From the NCBI RefSeq assembly GCF_009914755.1, contig NC_060926.1: a DNA stretch of 64,000 nt; one strand, given 5' to 3'. Within the stretch, counting starts at the first letter, position 1; the number at the start of each line of letters is the position of its first letter. Positions 38,335 to 51,675 of this stretch are shown here, one piece after another. A program made the position numbers and the translations under genes. The stretch comes from the human T2T-CHM13v2.0 reference genome, Homo sapiens. The notes below the pieces were generated by a model. That model did not search any database, was not told the origin of the DNA, and worked only from the letters and a program-made list of their open reading frames with translations.

Positions 38335-39690
38335 GGAAGACTTCCAGTTTCCAGTTTATGTAAGGAGTTTGGAAGTCATCACTCCATTCTAACCACAAGC
38401 AAAAACTGAACAAACTCTTCTTAGATTTTGTTTTGAGACAGGGTGTCTTTTTGCCTAAGCTGAGTGCGGGGGCACAATCATGGCTTACTACAGCCTCGAC
38501 CTCCTGGGCTCAAGTTATCCTCCTGCCTCAGCCTCCTGCATAGCTGGGACTATAGGCGCACATCACCTTGCCTGGCTCATTTTTTGTAGAGGTGTTTTCC
38601 ACCATATTGCTGAGGCCAGTATTCTTAGATTCTTCACAGACGTGAGGTCACAGGGCAAACTGCTGCCTCCTAAGCTGGGGGGTCAGATAAGCAGATACAG
38701 AGAATTGCAACATGCTGGAGCATCATCTCAGAAACAGAAATCTCTGAGTGAAGCAGTACTCATGAGGAAAACCTAAACTGTAATTGAAGAAATGCTGAGA
38801 CTCACAGTGGACAAGTCTGAGAGTTAAAAACCCTAGGATGGGGCAGTGGGGCGAGGCTGCATGGAAGCTTCTCACACTTGTGTGGGTTTTACCTCTTAGA
38901 GCTTTGGTAGGTTCTCACAGTGAATATCAGAGAAAAAAAATCCATGCTTCTGGAAGGAGAAAGGAAAAAGTTATTTTGAAATATGCCAGAGCATTCAATG
39001 ATAAAGAAAAAATTCTTGGAAGAGCCAGAGGAGAAAAGTACCTTACCTATAGAAGAACAAAGGTAAGAATTATATCAGGACTTCTCAGAAACTATGCAAG
39101 CAAGAAGGGAGTAGAATGAAGTAGTTCAAGTGTTGAGAAAAAACCCTCCAACGTAGAATTCTGTATCCTGTGGAATTATCCTTCAAAAACGAAGGAGAAA
39201 TAAGCACTTTCTCAGACAAACGAAAATTGAGGGAATTTGTTGCCAGTAGACCTGCCTTGCAAGAAATGTTAAAAGAAGTTCTTCAGAGAGAAGGAAAATG
39301 ATGTAGGTCAGAAATTCTGATCTACATGGAGAAAGGAAGAGCAATAGAGAAAGAATAGTTGAAAATAAAGTAAAAAACTTAACTTTTTCTTGTTGATCTA
39401 ACAGATGATAGTTTATTCAAAATGATAGCAATGATGTATTGAATGATTATAGTTTATATATAAATGCAAAGAATGACAGCAGTTATACTGGAGGGAATAA
39501 TTAGGGATATTTCATTATTATAAAGTATTTGCACTACCCATGAAGTGGTACAGTGCTATTTGAAAGTGGACTTGGATTAGTTGTAAATGTATATTGCAAC
39601 TTTAGGGCAACTACTAAAAAAAGTTGAAAAAAGAAGTACAATTCATATGCTAAGAAATGAAAGACAGAAAGTGAAATCATAAGAGGAAAT
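38335..39690 (+). mobile_element. L1MC-type 5' region and ORF1 C-terminus, with partial Alu at ~38428-38617
   Basis: agaattctgtatcctgtggaattatccttcaaaaacgaaggagaaataagcactttctcagac = ORF1p RILYP..LSF..EGEI..F motif. Confidence 0.8.
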
Positions 39691-39804
39691 AATAGCACCC
39701 TGCACTTCTGTGGGGCTTCATGGTTTATGAGCACTTAAAAAAATCATATATATAAAAATATGTGTATATTTTTAAATATATGTGTAATTTAAAAATACAT
39801 ATTT

Positions 39805-39886
39805 AACAATGTTTACTTCACCTACCTTGCAACATTAATATATATTCTCTCAACAATGTTGCAAGGTAGGTGGAGTAGACTTTGTT
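39805..39886. repeat. Inverted repeat: 32-bp arms, 18-nt spacer
   Basis: aacaatgtttacttcacctaccttgcaacatt vs aatgttgcaaggtaggtggagtagactttgtt; 18-bp perfect core, 29/32 complementary. Confidence 0.92.
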
Positions 39887-40009
39887 ATTGAAAACAAAAC
39901 AAAACAAAACAATGAAGTTTGGTTAAAGTTTCCTTTATTCTACTGGACATAGCATGCTTAACAAGTAATCATGGAGCATAATTTCCCCTTTTGAAGTACA
40001 ATGACTTAC

Positions 40010-40164
40010 AAGTTATAGAGTCAGAAAGATTTGAATTCAAATTCCAGCTCTACCACTTTATCAGCTGTGTAATCTTGGATAAATTACTAATCCCCTCTGT
40101 GCCTCAATTTCTTCATCTGTTAACACAGGGATAATAATCCAAATACTATTTATTTTTAAATTTT

Positions 40165-40196
<32 letters not shown>

Positions 40197-40580
40197 TTTT
40201 GAGACAGAGTTTTGCTCTCGTTGTCCAACCTAGAGTGAAATGGCACGATTTCGGCTCACCGCAACCTCTGCCTCCGGGGTTCAAGCAATTCTCCCGCCCC
40301 AGGCTCCCGAGTAGCTGGGATTACAGGCATGCGCCACCATGCCTGGCTAATTTTGTATTTTTAGCAGAGACAAGGTTTCTCCACGTTGGTCAAGCTGGTC
40401 TTAAACTCCCAACCTCAGGTGATCTGCCAGCCTCGGCCTCCCAGAGTGCTGAGATTACAGGCATGAGCCACCACACCCGGCATTATTTACTTTAAAAGGT
40501 TGCTTTGAGGACTGAGATAATCCCACATTTAAAGCAGAATGCCTAGCATGTTATAAGCACTCAATAAATTGTAGCTATTT
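40010..40580 (+). mobile_element. MIR split by an antisense AluS (~40165-40481)
   Basis: ttcaaattccagctctaccactt...ctctgtgcctcaatttcttcatctgt MIR core; resumes after the Alu. Confidence 0.8.
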
Positions 40581-41420
40581 ACTAAAACCAAAATCAAAAA
40601 TCAAAAATCCAAACCAAAACAAAAAAACAAACCTCATCACGTTTCCATAATGAGGAAGTAATGATTCAGACTCCAAGCTTTCGAAAACAGGAAAGATGCC
40701 TCTGTCTATTCCTGTTTGGTTGTGTTGCACCTCACATGTTACTTAATAAGCCCTGGCATCTCTGTAATTTTAGAACTGGAAGGAACTTAAAGGTCATCTA
40801 TTCCAAGCTTCTCATTTTATAGATAAAGAATCTGAGGCTGAGAGGGGTTGAATGAATTACAAGATTACAGTGCTAGCACTCTTCCTGCTACAGCTGGTAA
40901 AGCACACCAACAGTGAGCAGGAAACAAACCTAAGAAAAACATCCAGATTCCAGAAAGGAAAAGACTCAGACAATAAAACCTGAGAGAGCAGGTTTCAAAA
41001 GTTATAAATAACCCCCTACAGGCTAAGCACCCAGGTACGAGGGCAGTGCCTACAAACTATACTCAAGGAAGTCAATGAGGTCCTCATGGAAGTCTATTAG
41101 GGGGTAATTTAACTGGTAGTCAACCAGACTAGAACTGCCCTGGACTTCAAGAGTGGTGAAGGCCACAGTGAGGAGGGCTATGCCGCTGAGCAGAGGCTAT
41201 CTTCTACAAACAGTGGAGCTGAAAGACGGGGATGGTGGACACAGAAGTGCAATACTGTCAATACTGCATATCCAATCCCTAAGAGTCAGTCATAATGGCG
41301 AGCAAGTATCATTAATCCAGCCAGCAAACAGGCCCCAAACCACACAGGTGACATAAAAGATGTAGAAAATATTCAGATTAAGACTTTTTGCTAATAGTTG
41401 TGCTTTCACCCATTTCTTCA

Positions 41421-41670
<250 letters not shown>

Positions 41671-42518
41671 ATAAAAATTGATTTGTTTAAATGAGAAGAA
41701 ATGCTATTTTTTGCAATTCAGAATTTCTTTTAATAACACATTTTGTCAGTTTACTTTTACTTTTATATTAGTTGTGAGCTAGAGTAGTCAGGAAATTAGT
41801 TAGTTCTTTGCCAACCTCCCTGATTCATTTTTATTAACAGAATTATAAATGTAGTCCTTCTTACCCTTATCTGAAAGTGTGTTTTGCATAAAAGCAGAAG
41901 GTTTTTAAAAATATAATTTCTCAAATTTAAGAGATGAAATTTTTCCTTTTTCTATCTTGTCTCTCTCTGGTTTCAGTCTTCTAAGAATAATTCAAAGTGA
42001 AAATATGTATGAGATATGTTGAATAAGCTATAAGCTAGTGTAACAGCTATTAAGCATTTTAAAAAGATGTCAAAAGCAGTTCTAAAAACTGTTTTTGTTG
42101 TTGGAGGAACGTTAAGAGGACAACAAAAGCTGTTTACAAAATAGTAAATACAATGAGAGCGTTCTTTCATAAAAATGTGCATATGAGTTTATGTGTATGC
42201 ACAAAAAAGAAAAATATCTGTGGAAATTCACCCCGAATGTTAAAACTGATTTTCTTTTTCTGGGTCTTGGGCTTTCATGGGACTTTTATTTCTGTTTACT
42301 TGTTTGTATTTTCTAATTTTCCTACAATAAATATGTATTTTGGCTGAAAGACAAAAGGTTTTCTTTTTCCTGTCTTTTTTTGATGTTTACTTACATTTTA
42401 CAGAGTCAAATCTGGAGTGGAGGGGAAGACAAGAGCAAAGTCCAGAATGAGTATCAATTAAAGCTTCTCCAGGCTGAACAGCATGTGGGGGCAGGAGTCC
42501 ACTTGATACTAAAGTGGG

Positions 42519-42522
<4 letters not shown>

Positions 42523-42556
<34 letters not shown>
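42523..42556. repeat. (GT)n dinucleotide microsatellite
   Basis: Direct observation. Confidence 0.97.
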
Positions 42557-42558
<2 letters not shown>

Positions 42559-42604
42559 CTTCCTTATTGTGTGGTGAAAATGCAATTATAGAAAACTAAT
42601 TTGC

Positions 42605-42937
<333 letters not shown>

Positions 42938-43354
42938 CTAAATTTCTTTCCCTGTTGTTTCTAGAGGTGCTTCTTTGACAATTCACAGTTTAGGCTTAAG
43001 GCAATTAGGCACTGTGTAGAAAGGGCCAATACAAAGTGAAGAAGCAACATAAATCTCTGCCCTTACAAGTACTATTTTTCTCTCCCAGCTAACTCTGAAG
43101 CCTCTTCTCCTCTAATCTGCGTATTCTTTTTCCTTTAACAAACACTTTTTTTCATGCTGATTAAATCATGGGAGATAAAAAGAAGTCAGCCCAGATCTGA
43201 AAACTGATAGTCTAGTTGAGTCAAAAAGGCACATGTTGGAAAAGTTAACTAAAAATATGGGGGCAGTATGCACTAAGGCATGAAATGACTTACACAGAGG
43301 TCTTACAGCAGTTAAAGGTAGGGCTGGTAACTTTACTGTGGTCATGGTCTAGAT

Positions 43355-43881
<527 letters not shown>

Positions 43882-45888
43882 CTAGGTTCTAGAAGGTGTC
43901 ACTAGTTAAAGTAAGACTTGTCTTGTTACTTGAAGAAAGGGAGGATTCGAAAAACAGAATAAAGAAAAGTGTCCCAGAAGAAGGCAAAGTATGAATGGGC
44001 TGTACTCAAGTCACACTAAGGGTGGGAAAGTGCTTCATGCCTGGATAGGGGTTTGTGCTGTGTTGCTACACAGGGCAGACCATGTCCTTGAGAGAGGATC
44101 TGAAGCTGTAGGTAATGAGGAGTCATTGATTATTTGTGATCAGTGGATTATCATGGCTCTTACCTTGTGCCAGGCATTTTGTTGAGTGCCTTAAATGGAA
44201 TATTTCATACTATAACAACCCTTTGAAGGAGAAGAAAAAAAAAAGACTGAGAAAAGGGTGACTGAGCTTATCAAGGAGATCCTTGAAGAAAAGGGAGGAA
44301 TAAACATAGATTTGTCTAGGCAGTTTGGCAGTGAAAGAAATGAGTGCTTGAGGAGGGTTAAATTAAGTTTCCTCCCCCAGGTAGGTCAAACCCATTTGGG
44401 CTGAAAGTAGAAAGGAAGAACCTACTGCAGAGAAAGAGGGGGAAGATCTGGACAGGGGTGAGAGGCAGCCCGCAGGCCCCAACGGCTGTCTTGGAAAGGG
44501 AGAAGGGACTCCTGGTCCTTTGGGTACATGAGAATGTTCACAAAATGGGTGGTACACAGCAATACTTGGAGAAGAGTGATAGAAGTTGCTGGAGCTAGAT
44601 TTTTTTTTTTTTTTTAATCTCAGTGAAGAATCAGAGACATCTGCCAAGAGGGAAGAAAAATGGGGTGGGGAGAAGGGAGATCTGAAATAATACCAGTTGG
44701 GGCTGCCCTAATAATGACTACTACCACCTTTATCATGTGGTTATCATGAGCCTATTATGGGTATTTACATATATTCTCCTTTATCTAACAATTTAGTTAA
44801 GTATTAATTCCAATTATTTCTCAGTTATACGGAAGTTAAGGCTCAAAAACGTTATCACGTTAATTTAAGAAAAAGAATTGCCTACCACCTCACGCCAGGG
44901 GCTGTTCTAGGCAAAAAATTTAGACAAGCAGGGGGCCTGCCGTCATGGTTTTATGTAAGTGGTGCAGACAGAAAAATAAAACATCAGATCATTTCAGAGT
45001 TTAAGTGGTGTGGAAATAATAAAATGTGTTATGGTATTAACGGTGGGGAGGAAGTACATTAGTGTGGTCAGCCAGGGGAGGACCCTGTAAGGGGACAAGT
45101 GAGCTGAGAAGAACTTCAGGATGAAAAAGGTAGGAGGAAGAGTTTTCTGGGCCAAGGAAAGGGCAAGTGCAGAGGCCCTGAGGCACGAACTAGCTGGGCT
45201 CCTGAAGAAATGCAAAGGTAGTGCAGCCGATGCTGATCAAGGAGGTCTAGGCCAAGGCTGCAGACGCCATAGCAAGCGATGGGAAGGATTTACCCGAGGG
45301 GGTAAAGCCGATCCGATCCGATAGCATAAGGCTTCCTAGGGAGCAAGGGCCAGGCTGCCCGGCTCTCCAGCGCGTGTTCTTTCCACCCGGCTAAGCTGCC
45401 CGGCACATGGCTCTGGGGCGAGGCCACCGTCAGGAGAGGTTCCAGGCCAAGGGGCCAAAGGGCCACGGTCCGCGGGGGATGGGGACATGACCTCCTGGGT
45501 GTCGCAAGCCCGGGGCAGCGCTGACAGCCGGCGCGGGCCTTTCGCGAGCAGCAAGCGGCTCCCCTCACCCGGGCCCAATCACCCCCGCCTTTAATTCCCA
45601 TTAGGGACCCCCCGCCGACGCAGAACCAGCCCCCGGGCGGCCTGGCTTGGTTTTTCATCCCGGGAGATGGATCCGTCGCCCAAAAGTTCGGAATGACGGT
45701 ACCCCTTTCCCTTAAGATCGATGAGGAGACGAAATAAATTGGGATCAGGGCGACGTCCTATGGAAAACAGCCTTTTGTATTTTTGTCTAGTTTTCCCCCA
45801 AGGCTTTCCATAAACTACTCGTTTCTCGGTACGCTCTCCAAGTCACCCCCTCCAACAGCGAGCCCGTTGGTTTGGCCCCTCAGCCCGG

Positions 45889-46085
45889 ATTGGCTGAAGG
45901 CTTACGCCTCGGCCAGGGATTGGCTTCTTACCACTCCCCGCGCCCATTGGTTGGGGTTCCCCGCTTCTGGGCGGAGTGGTGAGGGCCGGTTTCCGCCTCC
46001 TTGTTTATGGAGCGCGTAGTTGTTGCGCTCTCCGAGCGCTGGGGCTGTCTCCAAAGTTCCCTATTTAGCTCCTCAGGCCAATTGG
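45889..46085. promoter_or_regulatory. NF-Y CCAAT boxes and Sp1 GC box, TATA-less core promoter
   Basis: ATTGG at 45889, 45919, 45946; GGGCGG at 45969; CCAATTGG at 46078; additional CCAAT 45575 and CCCCGCC 45582. Confidence 0.65.
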
Positions 46086-46462
46086 GGCCTCGCTCCACCC
46101 TCGCCCTCTCCCTCGCACGCCTTCCGTGTGGTACGGCCCACACCATTAGAGTGGCGGCGCGTGTGGGCGCCCGTCGCGTTCCTCCGCCCGTTCTCGCCGG
46201 GTCGCACCCCCCACCCCGAGGGTGTACTTGGTACGGCCCGCGCCGCCTCCTTTCCTCGCCCGGGTGGCCATCCCCCTCCCCCCAGTCGGCGGCGCTTGGT
46301 GCCGCCCGGGAGAACCAGGTCATCGGTCGGTTCCCGTGAAAACAAAAACAATCGGCCGCGCCGTCGCAGGCACCCGAACGTCGCGAGCGGGGCCTGGGGA
46401 CGCGGAGCCGAGTGCAGCGAGCGAACGGGAGCAGCGGCGACTCGCCGGGGGGCTAGGGCGCC

Positions 46463-46513
46463 ATGGGGCAGGCGGGCTCCGGCTGCGCGGGGCTCCCCCG
46501 GCGCCGCGGCTAG
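46463..46513 (+). other. u[19 protein letters not shown] (16 aa) in the presumed RMND5A 5' UTR
   Basis: gcgccATGG strong Kozak, TAG at 46511-46513, out of frame with the main ATG 190 nt downstream; assumes TSS is upstream of 46463. Confidence 0.65.
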
Positions 46514-46652
46514 TGCGCCCGCCGCCTCGGCCGCCTCAGCCTCCCGCGCCGCCCGCTTGGGGAACGAGGAGCAGGACGCGGCCTCGGTGGGGCCCGGGCC
46601 GAACGGCTGCGGACACCTGGGCGCCGAGGAGCCGAGCGCCGCCGTCTCCGGC

Positions 46653-46794
46653 ATGGATCAGTGCGTGACGGTGGAGCGCGAGCTGGAGAAGGTGCTGCAC
46701 AAGTTCTCAGGCTACGGGCAGCTGTGCGAGCGCGGCCTGGAGGAGCTCATCGACTACACCGGCGGCCTCAAGCACGAGATCCTGCAGAGCCACG
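46653..46794 (+). CDS. RMND5A: RMND5A coding exon 1 (47 codons + 1 nt, phase-1 donor); rest of gene lies beyond the window
   Basis: Translates [47 protein letters not shown], recognised as the RMND5A N-terminus; ggcATGG start; donor CACG|GTAGGG; inside CpG island. Confidence 0.96.
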
Positions 46795-47739
46795 GTAGGG
46801 CGGCCCGCGTGGGCGCGCGGGGCATGGCCCACTGCCCGAGCCCCGGTCCCGGCCCCGCGGCGGGAATCCCTCACCCACCCTCGCGCCTCTGGCCCGGCCC
46901 TTGCCTCCCCTGAGGCGCGGAGGCCCCCAGACCCCTGAGACTTTTTCCCCTCTTCGTCCGATTTACCTCGAACCTGCCGCGACCTCGCTGCCAATTCAGA
47001 AGGAGCGCGAACCACCCGGAAACCCAGCCGGGAGCGGCGGGCTCCAGTCCGGATAAACGTGGGTGAGGGGGCCGCCCATCGCACCTGCAAACTGCCGACC
47101 CCCGAGTGGGCGCCCCTCGTCCCCCGCTCCCAGCCGGCCCCGGGAGTCTCACGTGGTGCCCGCGGCGCTGTTCTGTGGGCGGTGACTGAATCGCCTGGGA
47201 CCCCAGGTTCTGAGTGATGAGGGCAGTGCAGGAAGCTCCGTTTCCCCTCTGTGCCGCCCCGAATCCTTGGCCAGGGGACTTCGTTTCTTCGTTTTATTTT
47301 GGAAAGTCGAGCGTTATTCTTAGCTGTGGGTTAACAACAGCCGCTCCTGCAACTTCATGATTTGGCTGCTGTGTGGACGCAGCTCTTAACTCCGCAGCGG
47401 CTCTGACATGGTTCCTTGGAAACCAGCTCAATTCAACCCTTCTGTTCTCCCAGTGTACCTTCTGATGACACCGAGGAGGAACGGGCGACATTTGCCCAAG
47501 TAAATTGTGCACATGTTGCTAGTTACTTGCTTTGCCTGGTTAAGTTCGTTCAAAAAAAATAAATTTTCCTATAGAAGGTGTTTCACCTAGATTGTTTTTT
47601 TTTTTACTGCCCCAAGCCCTGAGGACAGGTACTTTTAAAGGTTTGGTTTTCTTACACTTTAGAAGTCACAGCGATGATTCCTTTTGATCAAGAAGTAAAG
47701 GACTTATTTAATGGGTCTTTAATAAGAGGCTGAGGGGGC

Positions 47740-48900
47740 TTTTCAGCTTGTGGGCTGAACAGAAATTTATGTGAAGGACGGTTTGGTAGCTGGGGGAAGA
47801 TGCAGATTATTTGTGGCAGGTGAGATGAGGGCAGTGGCGTTAGCTGAGTGTCTCTCTCCTTCTCCTTCATTTTTTCACACTTTCCCAGACTGCGTTTCAG
47901 TTGAGGATGGGTGCTGGTCCATGGGAAAGGAGTCTTACAGCAGCTTCTCATTCTGGACACTGCAGTCATTTTTGAACTCCAGGAAGGAAGCAAACCTGCA
48001 GTCATAGTGGATGAGATTTTAATATGGAAAAACCGTATTAATTCTCATAGGAGTTGCAATACTAGTATGGAAAAACGAGCAGACCTTGGTGGCTGCCTGT
48101 GAAGGGAAATTTGACTGACGTGGCGATGATGATATAGTTGGTAGATACAGGGAAGTGAAGGTGGAATGGGACAGGAATCCTGGGAAGACTTTGAATTTGG
48201 TTTTGGACATGTGAAGTAAGGTTGAAGGGCTTAATGAAGATAGAATCGAGGGCTTTCCTATTTACTGGTGGCTGGAGATGCATAGGTCTAAGATTGTTTT
48301 CTGATGTCATTTCTAGGAGGACAGTGGAGGGGATCACTTAGATTGCACAGAAGAAAGACTAGAGTCTAACCACAGTCTTGAATTTTCCTTGGCGAGTGGA
48401 GAGCCAAGGCTAGATAGAGCCAGCAGAAATCGAAAAGGGCGAGGACTTAGAAAAGGAGAGATTGGTCAGCTTTTATTTGGCTATTGGGAGTCAGTAACCC
48501 TCTGTGCTTGCAGTTTCATAGAATTGCTAAGACAAGCCAGATTACTGGGGGTTAAGAAGAAAAATTCGATGTGAACCGAGGTGTGGGAAATCCAGTACAG
48601 CGGTGGGAGGTATTCCCTCTGTGCTCCCGGCCCTGCCAAGGAACCAGTGGAGGAAGAGAATGAAGGGCCTAGACTTGGAGAGGTGGAAGGAACATTTCGT
48701 TTTTAGGGACCAGGTCATAGGCAGAGTTTGAGAGGAAAATGATGGAACAGAAAGTACCTTTCTTCCATGAGAGAGGATGTAAGTTGAAGGGGGATGTGAT
48801 TGTGAGCTTTGTTTTAGAAAATTTAGGGCCAGGCTCAGATGGATAAAATGATGGTGAGAAATTGCTGAGGCAGGAATTTGTTTTTGACTCTCCACTGGGT
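47740..48900 (-). mobile_element. L2 fragment(s) in intron 1
   Basis: Purine-rich L2 motifs (tttggttttggacatgtgaag, gggagtcagtaaccctctgtgc). Confidence 0.55.
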
Positions 48901-51246
48901 ACTAGGGAACTTTTCTCAGAATTTATGGTTTGAGGGGTATTGGCCACACAGTATGCTATGCTGTTAAAAACAGTCTGAGTTGGTGAGTTTGTGTGTTCCT
49001 TTTTCAGCCTCCTAATTTTTTCCCTCTTGTCTACCAAATTGCTAGTCTTATATTGGTATCTCTTTGATTTCCTTTAATTCTTCAATAATAGGATTAAGTG
49101 ACTAAAGGTAGTTATAAAACATGAAAGAAAATGAATACCACAAGTGCCAGGTCTAGTTTCCCAAATAAAATCTTTCTTCTTTTGGTGTTTTTTTGTGTAA
49201 AGGTAAACATCATGCTTTGGCATCTGGGCTATGGTATTTTTGAAAACAGATGATTTCTAAATTAAAGTTCTCGGCAGGTGATGTGGTAGATATTACATTG
49301 AAACTTAAATATGCCCTTCTCAAAGGTATTTTACTGAAAACTGAGTTTGGAACTCTATTTTCAAGTTTAAAGGGAAGATTTTTGGGCTTCTGAATATACC
49401 TGTCTGGGCAAATGATTCTGATAACCTGAGAGGCTCTAATTGGGACCCCTCTGTCAGGACTTTGGACCTCATTCTCTGAGATTACTTGTGGTAATACTTG
49501 CAAGAATCTGGTATGAATAAAACAGAATTTTTGAGGACTATATAGAACACATCATTGCATCATACTGGTGAATGACTGTTGCAGAAGCATCCTTTAGCCA
49601 ACCTAAAGGGATTGGTTCAGTTTCTGAGGATGAATGTTTTATGTTAAAATTTTTTTTTCATCTCTGAAGTTGTGAGCAGACAGCTATATACTAAATGAGC
49701 TGTTAGGATAGTTTGTGATGGAAACTGATCATACATAAATAAGAGTTTAGTTAGTAAGCCCATTGACAACCCTTTTCTAGTCTCAGCACCCTTATTCCAG
49801 ATTGTAAATACTGCCTGATTGCTGGCTGGGAGATAGTCCTGCAGTGAGCCCTAAAATTTCTCAGGTGGTCTAAATCACCTTTAAGTAGCTTGAAATTCTT
49901 TTACATAAAATTTCTCTCGTTAATCTTTTTTAAAATGCAAGTTTCTTAATGCAGATACACTTGGGGAAATGAGGATAGTATGGGCTGGTCTCTCATACCT
50001 GGTGAATTGGTTTGTGCTCTGCCATTTAATCCACCTCTGGCCAAATCCGTCAGCCTGACAACAGGAATATCTTTTTTTTTTTTTCTTTTAAATGGGGTTG
50101 GACTGGTATCAGGCCTGCAGCAGAGAACAATAATGGAATATAAGGCTCTGAGAGGGAAGTGCAGGCTTCGACTTGGTGCCATAGACAGTTAGGGAATATT
50201 GGTGGTTCAGGGACAACATAGGTGTAATAGAAATATGAAGAGGCAATAAGAACCAGGGAGAATACTGAAGAGCTCTGCCGAGGCCAAGACATTCCTCTCC
50301 CTGGAGACTGACTCTAGACTTCTCTTCATGCCTTTGGAATTAGAAACCTTAGGGTGGTAGATAGGAGGGTGGGGAGTGATCCAGAGCCTGCAGTGAGGTG
50401 TCCAAGGTAAGAGGAATAGAGATCACAGCTTCTGTCATTTAGTTGTGCCAGCCTTTCAGTGAGAGTTTCCCTGTGAGCACGAAGTTTGGTCTAAGTTCAT
50501 TGTGGTTAATGTAGGCTGGTGGTCATTCCCAGTGTGACTCGATCTAATTTGTATAGTGCACTGGTGCTTCTAAAACTTCACTCATACACATGTGCACTCT
50601 TATTTTTCAGATGGATTCACGATTTTACTTAAGTAGATTTATCTTAGGCAGTGATATTTGTGTAGTCCTACATGTGGTATGTAGGTATTAGGTATAATAA
50701 ACTACATGTTAAAATAAATTCATAACAATTAAAATATTAGTTTACATACTAGCTAAAATTACCATTCGCATCAGTGGTATGGGAGCGGTGCTTTGGATAA
50801 CCCTGGCTTAACAGGGTTAACTACTGTATGGTTAACTTTTAGTGATTTGATTTGTGAGTATATGCCTTTTAGCATTTTTTTCCTATTGGCAAATTTATAT
50901 TGTTTCCCATTAGCACCTCTGTGGTGGAAGGGAAAAACAGAAAAGAACTATTTATCATGTTTTGCTGGTATTCTGCACTCATACTTTGTGAAAGAAAATT
51001 AGGCAGAAACAGTTGGTAATGGTTTCAGGACACATTTAAAAGTATACTTGGGAAAATTGCAGTTTTTGTAAGAGTAAAGGACATGCAGTATTCTTTTCTG
51101 ATTATTTTTAGACTAACGGAGTTCTAATGTGGTTTCTGAAAGTGACTTTCAAGGAATTTTCTAAATTTAAAATTTATTTATTAATTTTTAGTAAGTCATA
51201 CATTCAAATGGTATCCATTCAAACAATGAAAAAGATAACCCAGTGA

Positions 51247-51675
<429 letters not shown>

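Larger units (their letters stand above)
45290..47200. promoter_or_regulatory. CpG island / RMND5A promoter and 5' leader
   Basis: Sharp rise in GC and CpG density versus CpG-depleted flanks; overlaps first coding exon. Confidence 0.93.

Noticed and set aside
43060-43300. Additional minus-strand GTAAG donors as relic exons
   Set aside because: Surrounding sequence looks L2-derived; no convincing frame
46020-46913. 297-aa ORF as a standalone protein
   Set aside because: It is promoter/5' UTR plus RMND5A exon 1 read through the splice donor into intron; starts at a non-ATG codon in stop-poor GC-rich DNA
45928-47152. Several overlapping 90-190 aa ORFs on both strands
   Set aside because: Ala/Arg/Pro/Gly-rich by-products of CpG-island composition; no recognisable domain
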